A stretch of DNA of 63,861 bases, filler included, from an uncultured bacterium (lineage in GTDB: Bacteria; DAOPZR01), in the NCBI GenBank assembly GCA_964637655.1. It is 4 parts of 4 records of this genome, joined end to end, with 100 filler letters (N's around TTAATTAATTAA, not from the genome) between each part and the next. Parts side by side here need not be neighbours in the genome. Positions count along the whole stretch, not along the records: positions 1 to 18,605 come from CAZWUZ010000034.1; 3 more parts are not named here. One strand, 5' to 3'. Made by a program: the position numbers and the translations under genes. Under the pieces are notes generated by a model. That model did no database searches and was not told the origin of the DNA. It saw only the letters and a list, made by a program, of their open reading frames with translations. Shown here piece after piece: positions 1-8,762 of this stretch. Each line of letters opens with the position of its first letter. Position 1 is the first letter of the stretch.

Positions 1-74
1 GAGACTGCTGCCGTCCCTGTTTAGCTGTTAGGCTTGCCCGGATGCGGAATCACTGACGCAGCCCTACCACGTGT

Positions 75-407
75 TCATTTCAGTTTTCGCAGAATATGCC
101 GGGCAAGATTTTCGTTGATTTCGCGTAGCTATTCACCCTCTCCCGCTGCCTGCAGTGGGAGAAGGACGGGGTGAGGGTGAAAAATGTGTGCGCCTTGCAA
201 CCCTCACCCGACGCTGCGCGTCTTCCTCTCCCGCTATGAACAGCGGGCGAGGGGACAGACGGGCTGAATAGTTACGATTTCGCGATGGCGGGGTACCGGC
301 TGGCAAAAACCTGATTGTGGATTCTGATACCAGTCATGCTTGCCGCCGTGTCTGAGCAACACGCAGCCTGACCGGGCAATCTTTCTGAGCAGCTCCGCAC
401 GTTTCAT
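75..407 (-). pseudogene. hicA: HicA-family mRNA interferase toxin interrupted by a MITE
   Basis: ATG at 407 overlaps the hicB stop (ATGA). Removing 125-275 plus one copy of the 8-bp duplication restores a 57-aa ORF MKRAELLRKIARSGCVLLRHGGKHDWYQNPQSGFCQPVPRHREINENLARHILRKLK, with HicA motifs GGKH and VPRHREI. Confidence 0.9.
125..275. mobile_element. Non-autonomous MITE with IS66-type ends
   Basis: Ends are GTAGCTATTCA (125) and TGAATAGTTAC (275), flanked by the direct repeat GATTTCGC (117-124, 276-283). No coding capacity; the interior has CCCTCTCCC/GGGAGAGG hairpins. Confidence 0.88.
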
Positions 408-595
408 GCAATCTTCAGTTCAGCGACCCGGCGGACGCCGGGAATTTCGCCTCCCGTCAGATCAGTATGCAGTTCCTTGAGGTTCGCCTGCAATTCCTTG
501 AGCGTCCGTCCCTGGGTCATATAGTCCGGATACTCCTCGATATAGCCGAGCCACATCGGCTGGTCATGCCAGTATACATACCGGATTTTACGCAT
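404..595 (-). CDS. hicB: HicB-family antitoxin (short, no DNA-binding domain)
   Basis: WLGYIEEYPDYMTQGRTLKELQANL motif; GGAGG SD; translationally coupled to hicA. Confidence 0.88.
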   Translation of the reverse strand: MRKIRYVYWHDQPMWLGYIEEYPDYMTQGRTLKELQANLKELHTDLTGGEIPGVRRVAELKIA

Positions 596-626
596 CGCCA
601 CCTCCCCGATCCAGGCATCTCACGGT

Positions 627-655
627 ATGATAACACTACAACAACAGCACATCAA
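627..655 (-). promoter_or_regulatory. sigma70-like promoter of hicBA
   Basis: TTGATG-17bp-TATCAT on the minus strand upstream of hicB. Confidence 0.5.
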
Positions 656-743
656 CGCTTTCGGTTTCACTACGCTGCCGTGAACTCAGGCAGGAACAGG
701 ACGAATCCCCGCGGCGGTCCCGCGCGTCCCGATATCCTGCCGG

Positions 744-938
744 CTAAAAACTGGAGTCGCAGGGGCCGAAGGTCGTGCCATCGCCCGGACCGGCATCACC
801 TTGGGGAATACCGGCGCCGCCAACATCCTTGAGGTCCTCAGGCGGCAGTTTTCCCTGCCTGTTGCCCCCGGGCAGATTCTGCTGTTACGCACCCTGAGCG
901 CCTCCCGCGGCCGGTTGCTCATTTCTCTTCAGTTCCAT
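744..938 (-). pseudogene. Small peptide gene with an internal TAA (possible precursor-peptide-like pseudogene)
   Basis: Promoter and SD precede ATG 938. It reads MELKRNEQPAAGGAQGA*QQNLPGGNRQGKLPPEDLKDVGGAGIPQGDAGPGDGTTFGPCDSSF*. Confidence 0.4.
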
Positions 939-979
939 ATGCCGTTCCTCGCCTCCGGACGTTTTCCACGGCCAGCCCG

Positions 980-1045
980 ATGCTACCACGGTCCCTGACC
1001 TCCGTCAACAGGCATTTTGACATCCGCCGCCTCTCCTGCTACCAT
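980..1045. promoter_or_regulatory. Back-to-back sigma70 promoters
   Basis: Minus strand: TTGACG-17-TAGCAT (1008 to 980). Plus strand: TTGACA-17-TACCAT (1017-1045). Confidence 0.65.
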
Positions 1046-1077
1046 CCGCGCCAGCACCGGGGCGAGGGCAGAACACT

Positions 1078-1764
1078 ATGGCAACAGACCGGGTCAAAGA
1101 ACATTTCGACGGGGAAGCGCCGGTCTACGACGACCTCATCCTGCGCCTGCTGCCGGGCTATCGCGAACAGGGCGAGGTCATCCGCACCCTGCTGCGCGCA
1201 CACTCCCTTCCCGCCGCGCCGCGCGTGCTCGACCTCGGCTGCGGCACGGGCGACCTCGCGCTCCTCGCCCTGCAGGAATTCCCGGACGCGCAGCTGACGC
1301 TGCTCGATCTCGCACCCGCCATGCTCACCGTCGCGCGGCAGCGCCTCGGCGCTGCCGCGCAGCGCACGATCTTCATCACCGGCGATTTCGCTCATACGGA
1401 TTTCGGCAGCGGCTACGACCTCATCCTCTCCGGCTATGCCATCCATCACCTCGACGACACCGGCAAACAGGACCTCTACCGCCGCTGTTGTGCCGCGCTC
1501 AATCCGGGCGGGCTGCTGCTCTGCCGCGACGTGGTGCAACTCGCCACACCGGAACTGACCCGCGCTGCCGAGACAGCGTGGCGCGCCTTCATGCGCGGAA
1601 ACGGTGAAGATGACGCGCACTGGTTCGGGGTCTATCAGCGGGAGGATAAGCCGGCACCGCTCGACGCGCAACTCGACTGGCTGCGCGCTCTGGGTTTCAC
1701 CGGGGTGCGCTGCCACTGGCAGCGGGTGCTCGGGGCGGTATTCAGCGGGACGAAAACAAACTGA
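1078..1764 (+). CDS. Class I SAM-dependent methyltransferase
   Basis: VLDLGCGTG motif I, LLDLAPAML, AIHHL, LNPGG. Confidence 0.9.
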   Translation: MATDRVKEHFDGEAPVYDDLILRLLPGYREQGEVIRTLLRAHSLPAAPRVLDLGCGTGDLALLALQEFPDAQLTLLDLAPAMLTVARQRLGAAAQRTIFITGDFAHTDFGSGYDLILSGYAIHHLDDTGKQDLYRRCCAALNPGGLLLCRDVVQLATPELTRAAETAWRAFMRGNGEDDAHWFGVYQREDKPAPLDAQLDWLRALGFTGVRCHWQRVLGAVFSGTKTN

Positions 1765-3996
1765 TCAGCGCGACCACCGGCGGTCGCGCCAGGCGGCATA
1801 CAGCGCCTGCCATGCAGCATGCGCCGCCAGCAGCAGCCAGACGAGCAGCGCGGTGAGCGAGAACTGCAGCCCGCGCCGCACGTTGGTCGAGCGGAACCGC
1901 AGCTGCACGACGTGCCGGCCGCCGGGCACCACCACCCCCATCAGCCCGCTGTCGACACACAGCACGCGCGCGCTGACCTCGTCGATCGATGCCTGCCAGC
2001 CGGGATAGCAACTCTCCGCGTAGACCAGCAGTCGCGGGTAGCGCAGGTGCGTGCGCACGCGCGCCCACCCCGCCCCGAAGGTCGCGTCACTCAGCCGGTC
2101 GTCGCGCTGCGCCGGTGCCACCGCCTCGCCGGACGGTTCCGCCAGGGTGATGCCGTCACGCAGCGCCTGCGGCAGCCGCGCTTCCATCATGTCGGGATCG
2201 AGCCATTCCACCCGTTCCGCGAGACGGAACAGGCCGTGCGCCGTCGGGCGTTCGTACAGTCCCGCCACCGGGTCCAGCGTGCCGGGGGGCACCGCCACCG
2301 TGCAGCCCGCCGGCGGCTTCACCGCGATGACATAGCGCACCGCGAGCCGGTCGAGCAGCGGGTGGTCCGCCCGCTCCGCATTGAAGACCAGCGCGCGCTG
2401 CGCCGGGTCACGGCCCTGCGTGAGATTGAACAGGCCCTGGTAGCTGCGCAGCGCCACCGCGTCGGAGCCGCCGAAATGGCGCAGCCGGAAATCGGTACCG
2501 CGGTTATACAACGGCAGTTGCGTGAAACGCGCCAGCGGCACCTCCTCCAGCGCGAGGTAGCGGCTGCCGTACGCGCGCTCCGCCAGATGCTGCGTCAGCA
2601 GCGACGGGGTGGTCAGCCAGTGTGCGCCCATCACCACGCGCTGCTGCCGCATATGCCAGAGTGCGGGCATCAGCACGAGACCGAGCACCACCGCCGCCCA
2701 GACCGCGCCGCGCACCTGCCAGACCTCCTTGCGCAGCCAGAGGACCGCGACCACTCCCGCGGCATTGAGCGCGACTGCCAGCGCCGCCGGCGGGAGCAGG
2801 CCCGCACCCCACGCGGCCACGGCGAGCAGCAGCAGCGCCAGCGTCAGCAGCAGCAGCGGCCGTCCCTGCGGCAACCCGTCCGCGGCGACCCGGTCAAACC
2901 CGCGCGCGGCCAGCACGCTCAACGCGAAATAGAAGACGCAGATGAAGCGCAGCGGCACGCGGAAAAGGGCAAAGCCCGGCACGTGCTGGAACGCCGCCCA
3001 GAAGAGGGGCGAGTGTTTGCCGCCGGCCAGCAGCAGCGCCAGCACCCCGAGCAGCGCCAGCGCCCGCACCACCGGGTCATCGCGGCGCCAGGCCAGCAGC
3101 ACCAGCACCCAGGCCCCGCCCCACCAGGCGATGGCGCCGGCCAGCGTCACGCTCCCGTCGGGAATGACCGGCACCAGCAGCCCGAGCCAGGTCTCCGGCG
3201 GCGGATCGAAGCGCGTGGTGAAGGCAAAATCAGGGGCGGCGCGCGTCAGGTGCGGGGCCACTTCCAGCGACGGCAGCAGTTGCGCGGCGCCCAGCGCCAG
3301 CCCGAGCAGCGCCGCGCCGGCAAACGTCGCCGTCGCGCGCACGAAACCGCGCCGCGCGCCGCGCGTGATGCCGCGCAGGACAAACCAGAGGAGCGCTGCC
3401 AGCCAGACATAGAAGGTGAATTGCGGATGCCCCGCAAGGAGCGCCGCCGCCAGCGCCGCCGCCAGCAGCAGCAGCGCCGGCAGGCCCGCCTTCCGCCAGG
3501 CGAGTTCCGCCCCGAGCAGCACCCACGGCAGCCACGCCAGCGCCGCCAGCTGCGCGAGATGCCCCTCCGCCAGTTCCGTCACCGCCGCCGGCGAGAGGAG
3601 CGCGAGCAGGCCGGCGAGCAGCGCCGCCGCCACGCTCCCGCCCGTCAGCCGCACGAACCCCGCGGTTCCCAGCGCGAACCACCACAGATGCAGGACCAGT
3701 TCGCCGGTAAGCGCCGTCGTCAGCGGCAGCAGACGATAGAGCAGCAGGTTGGGCGGATACCAGACCGCGGTCTGTGCCGCAGCGATGAACGGCGTGCCGC
3801 AGAAAGCGTAGGGGTTCCACTCGGGGATGCTCCCCGCCTGCAGCGACCGCGCCAGGTGCAGACGCCAGTGCGAAAAATCACCGATGAGGTCGTTGGCCAT
3901 CGGCAGCCGGTCGGCCGACAGCAGGTCGCCATACGCCACCAGCGCGGCCAGCAGGATGCCGGCGGCACAGAGCAGGTTCTTGTGCGTGGCGCTCAC
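1765..3996 (-). CDS. YfhO-family / GT-C-like polytopic membrane protein
   Basis: GSIPEWNPYAFCGTPF, AGHPQ and C-terminal YPGWQASID motifs; many TM segments; GTG start overlaps the upstream stop. Confidence 0.8.
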   Translation of the reverse strand: MSATHKNLLCAAGILLAALVAYGDLLSADRLPMANDLIGDFSHWRLHLARSLQAGSIPEWNPYAFCGTPFIAAAQTAVWYPPNLLLYRLLPLTTALTGELVLHLWWFALGTAGFVRLTGGSVAAALLAGLLALLSPAAVTELAEGHLAQLAALAWLPWVLLGAELAWRKAGLPALLLLAAALAAALLAGHPQFTFYVWLAALLWFVLRGITRGARRGFVRATATFAGAALLGLALGAAQLLPSLEVAPHLTRAAPDFAFTTRFDPPPETWLGLLVPVIPDGSVTLAGAIAWWGGAWVLVLLAWRRDDPVVRALALLGVLALLLAGGKHSPLFWAAFQHVPGFALFRVPLRFICVFYFALSVLAARGFDRVAADGLPQGRPLLLLTLALLLLAVAAWGAGLLPPAALAVALNAAGVVAVLWLRKEVWQVRGAVWAAVVLGLVLMPALWHMRQQRVVMGAHWLTTPSLLTQHLAERAYGSRYLALEEVPLARFTQLPLYNRGTDFRLRHFGGSDAVALRSYQGLFNLTQGRDPAQRALVFNAERADHPLLDRLAVRYVIAVKPPAGCTVAVPPGTLDPVAGLYERPTAHGLFRLAERVEWLDPDMMEARLPQALRDGITLAEPSGEAVAPAQRDDRLSDATFGAGWARVRTHLRYPRLLVYAESCYPGWQASIDEVSARVLCVDSGLMGVVVPGGRHVVQLRFRSTNVRRGLQFSLTALLVWLLLAAHAAWQALYAAWRDRRWSR

Positions 3997-4298
3997 GGTT
4001 CCTGCGTCGTTACGGCCTGTTCCTCGCTGCCGCCCACCGCCATCACTGCCAGCTGCCAGCGGTTGTCGAGCAGTTCGCCGAAAATCAGCAGGGCGCAGAC
4101 GAACACCGCGCCCGCCCAGACCGCGAGGCGGAACCGCAGGGACCGGTCGCGCCACCAGCCGAGGAGGCCCGGCCAGGTGCGGCGCACGGTGGTTTTCTTC
4201 TTGCTGCTCCCGTCCGGCAGGCGCTCAGTGCGGATGGTGCAGCGCCGCCCGAGCAGGAAATGCCGGAAGCGCACCGCGCGGTCGTGCAGGGCGGACAT
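3993..4298 (-). CDS. Small hypothetical membrane protein
   Basis: Start and stop overlap both neighbours; one TM segment. Confidence 0.55.
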   Translation of the reverse strand: MSALHDRAVRFRHFLLGRRCTIRTERLPDGSSKKKTTVRRTWPGLLGWWRDRSLRFRLAVWAGAVFVCALLIFGELLDNRWQLAVMAVGGSEEQAVTTQEP

Positions 4299-4849
4299 CA
4301 GGCGCGGCGGCGGCGCGTGGCGGCAGGGCGGCGCGCGGCCGGCTTTGCCGGTACGCTCACCTTCCCGTCCGCGGTGTGCTGTTCGAGCTGCACCTTCGCC
4401 TCGCGCAGCAGTTCCAGCGAGAGCGCGTCCGGATAGCCGCCGCGGTAGACGATGCGGCGCACTCCCGCGTTGATCAGCATCTTGGCACACAGCACGCAGG
4501 GCTGTGTCGTGCAGTAGACGGTGATATCGGCCAGCGGCGTGCCGTAGACCGCCGCCTGGATGAGCGCGTTCTGCTCCGCGTGCAGTCCGCGGCAGAGTTC
4601 GTGGCGCTCCCCCGAAGGCACGTTATACTTCTCGCGCACGCATCCCGCTTCGCGGCAGTGCCGCACGTTGCGCGGTGCGCCGTTGTAGCCGGTGGCGAGG
4701 ATGCGCTGGTCGCGTACCAGCACCGCGCCGACCTTGCGCCGACCGCAGCTCGAGCGACTCGCCACCAGTTCCGCGATGGTCAGGAAATACTCATCCCACG
4801 ACGGGCGGCCATCCGTCACCGGCTGTTTGCTCTTCCGCGCCATGCTCAA
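4298..4849 (-). CDS. dCMP deaminase (ComEB/cytidine-deoxycytidylate deaminase family)
   Basis: [18 protein letters not shown] and PCVLC zinc motifs. Confidence 0.93.
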   Translation of the reverse strand: MSMARKSKQPVTDGRPSWDEYFLTIAELVASRSSCGRRKVGAVLVRDQRILATGYNGAPRNVRHCREAGCVREKYNVPSGERHELCRGLHAEQNALIQAAVYGTPLADITVYCTTQPCVLCAKMLINAGVRRIVYRGGYPDALSLELLREAKVQLEQHTADGKVSVPAKPAARRPAATRRRRA

Positions 4850-5280
4850 TTGCTCCCCGCGTTCAGCTTGTCAACCCGCCGCTGATGGCGCGCCCCGGCA
4901 AAGGGGGTGATCAGGAAAGTCTCCGCCATGCGCAGCGCCAGCTCCGGTGTGAGCAGCCGCGCCCCCATGGCCAGCACGTTGGCATCGTTGTGCGTGCGCG
5001 CCAGGCGCGCGGTTTCCTCGTCATGACAGAGTGCCGCGCGCACCCCGGGCACCTTGTTGGCGGCAATGCTGATGCCGATGCCGCTGCCGCAGACGACGAT
5101 GCCCGTCCCCTCTCCCGCCGCGACTTTTTTCCCCACCGCGTAGCCGAAATCGGGGTAGTCGCAGGAGTCGGTCGAGTGGCAGCCGACATCGTCCACCGTA
5201 TGCCCCTGCCCCTGCAGGTGCACTTTGAGTTGTTCCTTGAGCGGAAAGCCCGCGTGGTCGGATCCGATGATAAGTTGCAT
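4846..5280 (-). CDS. rpiB: Ribose-5-phosphate isomerase B
   Basis: [35 protein letters not shown]. Confidence 0.95.
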   Translation of the reverse strand: MQLIIGSDHAGFPLKEQLKVHLQGQGHTVDDVGCHSTDSCDYPDFGYAVGKKVAAGEGTGIVVCGSGIGISIAANKVPGVRAALCHDEETARLARTHNDANVLAMGARLLTPELALRMAETFLITPFAGARHQRRVDKLNAGSN

Positions 5281-5309
5281 GGTCTCCCCTCCGTCATGAT
5301 GCTGCCGGC

Positions 5310-5338
5310 ATTGTAGATGGTGCCGCGCGGCCTGTCAA
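5310..5338 (-). promoter_or_regulatory. sigma70 promoter of the rpiB operon
   Basis: TTGACA-17bp-TACAAT. Confidence 0.7.
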
Positions 5339-5441
5339 CGGCTCAAGATATTTGGGTATCCTGACGATAGGAACCACAGGCACGCGGGCCGGCCGCAACC
5401 GCCGCCCCTGTGCCGCTGTCCGAGGAATCGAGGATACGAAA

Positions 5442-6068
5442 ATGGCTTCCGCCCGTGCCGCACGCGCCCTGACCCGTCTCAAGGAGTTGCCGCAGCGCCC
5501 GCTGCGCCACGGCATGCGCTACTTGCAGGCGCAGCGCCGCGACGCACTGCTCGGCCTGTTCGCGGTGCGCGGCTATGCCGCGGTGCTGCTGGTCGGCGGC
5601 ACGCCCGACCTGCTGCTCGCCCTCGGCAGTTGCGCGCGCCACGTCACCGTGGCCGGCCTGATCGCGGATGACGACCTGCGCGCCCGCCTGCGCGCGCAGA
5701 AACTGCACGTTGCCTTCGCCCCGGACGCTGCGGTGGTGGCAGGACTCGCCTTTCCCGATGCCGCGTTCGACGGGGTGCTCGTGCCGGACGGGCTGGAGCA
5801 GCAGCCGCAGCCCGATGCCGCAGCAGCGGAACTCGCGCGGGTCACCGCACCCGGCGGTGTGCTGGTCATCGGCGCCCCGGTAGCCGACCGCCTGCGTCGC
5901 ATGCACCTGCCGTTCGCTACGCGCCGCACCGCGCCGCGTCCGCACAGCGGCACCGCGGTGATCCGCGCGCTCGCCCCGCATTACCGCCGCGCGCATCTCG
6001 TCACCTACCCGCCGTTCCTCCCGGTCACCGCGGCGATGTTCTACGCCGCGCGGCTGGTCCGCGCCTGA
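5442..6068 (+). CDS. Methyltransferase-domain protein (degenerate motif I)
   Basis: LAFPDAAFDGVL...ELARVTAPGGVLVI resembles Methyltransf_11; coupled to the downstream GT. Confidence 0.6.
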   Translation: MASARAARALTRLKELPQRPLRHGMRYLQAQRRDALLGLFAVRGYAAVLLVGGTPDLLLALGSCARHVTVAGLIADDDLRARLRAQKLHVAFAPDAAVVAGLAFPDAAFDGVLVPDGLEQQPQPDAAAAELARVTAPGGVLVIGAPVADRLRRMHLPFATRRTAPRPHSGTAVIRALAPHYRRAHLVTYPPFLPVTAAMFYAARLVRA

Positions 6069-7210
6069 TGGCGCGACTCGCGCTCGTCCGGCGGCGCATC
6101 AACGCCTCCGGGGGCGGCGAATGGTTCATGCGCGAGATGGCGCGCGGGCTGCTCGGGCGCGGACACGAGGTGCACCTGCTCGCCGAGGAGGCCGACACCA
6201 TGCTCGCCGGCGACGTGCATATCCACACCGCCGCGCTCCCGCCGGGACACAGCAGCGCCTACGCGCACGCCTACCGCGCGTTCGTCGCCGCCACGCTCGA
6301 ACCCTTCGCCCCGGTCACCGTCATCAGCGGCGAACGCGCGGTGGCAGGCGATATCTACCGCGCCGGGGACGGCGCCCACGGGGCGTGGCTCGAGCGTCAT
6401 GCCGCCGCCGCGGGCAATGCCTTCGCCCGCCTGCTCATCCAGAAACATCCGCGCCACCAGCGGCAGCTGCACCTGGAAAACGCGCTGTTCGCCTCGCCCC
6501 GGCTGCGGCTGGTCATCGCCAATTCGCGGCTGGTGCGTGACGACCTGCAGCGCTACCACCCGCGTTTCCCCGCGGAAAACTACCGTATCATCTACAACGC
6601 GCTCGACCTGCTGCCCTACTACGCGTTCATGGCGGAACACTCCGTCGCCGCCTGCCGCGCCGGCCTCGGGCTGCCGGCGGACCGCCCGGTCATCTTCTTC
6701 GCCGGCGCCAACTTCCAGCGCAAGGGGCTGCTCGCGCTGCTCGAGGCCGCGCCAGCCATCGCCGGCCTGCGCCCGTATCTGGTCATCGCAGGCAAGGGCG
6801 ACACCGGCGCGCTGCGCGGGGCGATGCGCGCGCTGCCGCCCGGCATCGACGTGCGCCTCTGCGGCCCGCAGCCGGAACTCAAGCCCTACTACCGCGCCGC
6901 CGACCTCTTCGTGCTGCCGACGATGTACGACCCGTTCAGCAACGTCTGCCTCGAGGCCATGGCGATGGAAGTCCCCGTCATCACCACCGCCACCAACGGG
7001 TTTGCCGAGGTCATCCGCCGGCATAAGGTTGGCGCCGTCATCGGCGAGGACGGCCCGCTCCCCGACCTGCTGCACCGCCTGCTGGAGCCCGCGCAACAGC
7101 AGGCTATGCGCGCGCGCATCCGCGACTGCCGCGCCGCCTACGACCTGCTCCCCTTCATCCTGCAGCTGGAAGACGTCATCGCCGCGGCCGGAGGTACCCC
7201 GGGCGCTTGA
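6068..7210 (+). CDS. Glycosyltransferase family 4 (WaaG/RfaG-like)
   Basis: GGGE N-terminus, IANS, FQRKG, YDPFSNVCLEAMA. Confidence 0.9.
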   Translation: MARLALVRRRINASGGGEWFMREMARGLLGRGHEVHLLAEEADTMLAGDVHIHTAALPPGHSSAYAHAYRAFVAATLEPFAPVTVISGERAVAGDIYRAGDGAHGAWLERHAAAAGNAFARLLIQKHPRHQRQLHLENALFASPRLRLVIANSRLVRDDLQRYHPRFPAENYRIIYNALDLLPYYAFMAEHSVAACRAGLGLPADRPVIFFAGANFQRKGLLALLEAAPAIAGLRPYLVIAGKGDTGALRGAMRALPPGIDVRLCGPQPELKPYYRAADLFVLPTMYDPFSNVCLEAMAMEVPVITTATNGFAEVIRRHKVGAVIGEDGPLPDLLHRLLEPAQQQAMRARIRDCRAAYDLLPFILQLEDVIAAAGGTPGA

Positions 7211-7235
7211 CGCGGACGCCGGTTCCGCGTATCAT
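7207..7235 (+). promoter_or_regulatory. sigma70 promoter, probably for a leaderless mRNA
   Basis: TTGACG-17-TATCAT ends 6 nt before ATG 7242; no SD. Confidence 0.6.
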
Positions 7236-7241
7236 GCCGGC

Positions 7242-7616
7242 ATGGCGACCGTGCTGATCGTCGATGACAATTTCCGCATCCGCAAGCTGCTGCGGGACAT
7301 CCTCGGCATGCGTGACTTCACCCTTCTCGACGCGGCGAACGCCGAGGAAGCGCGTGCCCGCCTCGGCGAACATGTCCCCGACCTGATTTTCCTCGATGTC
7401 ATGCTCCCCGACACCAACGGTTTCGAACTCTGCCGCGAAATCCGCGCCACCCCGCCTCTCGCCCACGTCCCGGTCATCATCACCACCGGGCTTGCCGACC
7501 GCGAAGACGTTGTCAAGGCGCACCATGCGGGCGCCAACGACTACATCGTCAAGCCCTTCACCCTGATTACCGTCATGGAAAAGGTGGACAAGTTCCTGCC
7601 TGAAACCGCCGGCTGA
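7242..7616 (+). CDS. Single-domain response regulator (REC)
   Basis: VLIVDD, LDVMLP, GANDYIVKPF. Confidence 0.92.
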   Translation: MATVLIVDDNFRIRKLLRDILGMRDFTLLDAANAEEARARLGEHVPDLIFLDVMLPDTNGFELCREIRATPPLAHVPVIITTGLADREDVVKAHHAGANDYIVKPFTLITVMEKVDKFLPETAG

Positions 7617-7622
7617 AGCGCT

Positions 7623-8762
7623 TCAGATTCTGCGGCAGGTCAGCAGGAGCCCGTTGCCGGTGTCACCGGCCGGGTCGGACAGCGCCAGCGCCAGCAGCAG
7701 CGGGCGCAGCAGGTGCTGCAGCAGCGACCAGGCCGCGAGGCGGCGGTCGCACCAGCAGAGCCGCGCCGTTTCCGGCGCAAAGGTGCGCGTGACTCCCGTC
7801 ACCGTCAGTCCCGCCTGCCGTGCCAGGTCGCGCAGTTCCGCCTCCGTGTAGCCGGGCCGCACGTGGTCAGCCGGCGGCACATCACCGGGCAGGAGCACCT
7901 CGTCACGCCACGGGGCATGAATGAAGACCTGCGTACCGCGTCCCAGCGGCGTGCACCAGCGGCGAAGGCAGCCGGCATCGTCCGCCAGATGTTCCAGCAC
8001 CTCGCAGATCACCACGACCGCATACGGCCGCGCAGGCTGCCAGCGTGTAAGGTCCGCGGCCACCAGTTCGCTGCCGGCTGCCGCGCGCAACACGCCGGGG
8101 CGAAAGCCGCGATCGACTCCTGTGCTGCGGCCTGCCAGCCCGAGCCGCCGGCACAGCCGCAGCAGCAGCGCGTCACCGGTACCGATATCGAGCACCTCGC
8201 CGGCTGCTGCCGGCATGACGCGCAGCAGATGCAGCAGACGCACCGCGCGGCTCACCGCGATGATGCCGCCACTCTCCGCGCACAGCGCACGCAGGTACGC
8301 TGCCGGCGGCACGGTATAACCGAACACACGCCACGCCGCGCGTGCAAGCAGCAGCAGCGGCAGCGTGACATGACGACACCACTTTTGCCCGACGGTTTCG
8401 ACGGTTTCGCGCCACGCTTCCGCGCGCGCGCCCGCCACATCGATGCGCCGCCATTCACCCTCAGGGGTCACCGCCCATGCTTCGGGTGCGCAGCCACGGG
8501 CGAATTCCCGCCACGCGTGATACCCGATTCCCCACCCGTTGTTATAGACGAGCACCGCGCGCGTTGTCCGCTCTGCGCGCAATTTCCGCCTGTCGGCTTC
8601 GCTGCCAAAGTCGCCCGTCGCCAGCAGCACCTGCTCTGCTCCGTGGGCCGCTCCGCCGCTGCGCGTGTAGAGCAGCACGCTGCCGCCGCAGCGCGCACGA
8701 ACTGCCGCCACCGCTGCCGCCACCAGCGACGCCGGTGCCGTGGCGATGACGACGGTCTTCAT
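7623..8762 (-). CDS. SAM-dependent methyltransferase with an N-terminal uncharacterised domain
   Basis: VLDIGTG, EVLEHL and DHVRPGY in the C-terminal half. Confidence 0.8.
   Translation of the reverse strand: MKTVVIATAPASLVAAAVAAVRARCGGSVLLYTRSGGAAHGAEQVLLATGDFGSEADRRKLRAERTTRAVLVYNNGWGIGYHAWREFARGCAPEAWAVTPEGEWRRIDVAGARAEAWRETVETVGQKWCRHVTLPLLLLARAAWRVFGYTVPPAAYLRALCAESGGIIAVSRAVRLLHLLRVMPAAAGEVLDIGTGDALLLRLCRRLGLAGRSTGVDRGFRPGVLRAAAGSELVAADLTRWQPARPYAVVVICEVLEHLADDAGCLRRWCTPLGRGTQVFIHAPWRDEVLLPGDVPPADHVRPGYTEAELRDLARQAGLTVTGVTRTFAPETARLCWCDRRLAAWSLLQHLLRPLLLALALSDPAGDTGNGLLLTCRRI

Noticed and set aside
885..887. Stop-codon recoding to explain the internal TAA
   Set aside because: TAA, TAG and TGA all terminate well-conserved genes normally in this window.
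1819..4473. Very long alternative ORFs (e.g. 884 aa here; 820 aa at 24599-27061; 559 aa at 49313-50992)
   Set aside because: Antisense shadows of real genes in high-GC DNA, with no recognisable motifs.
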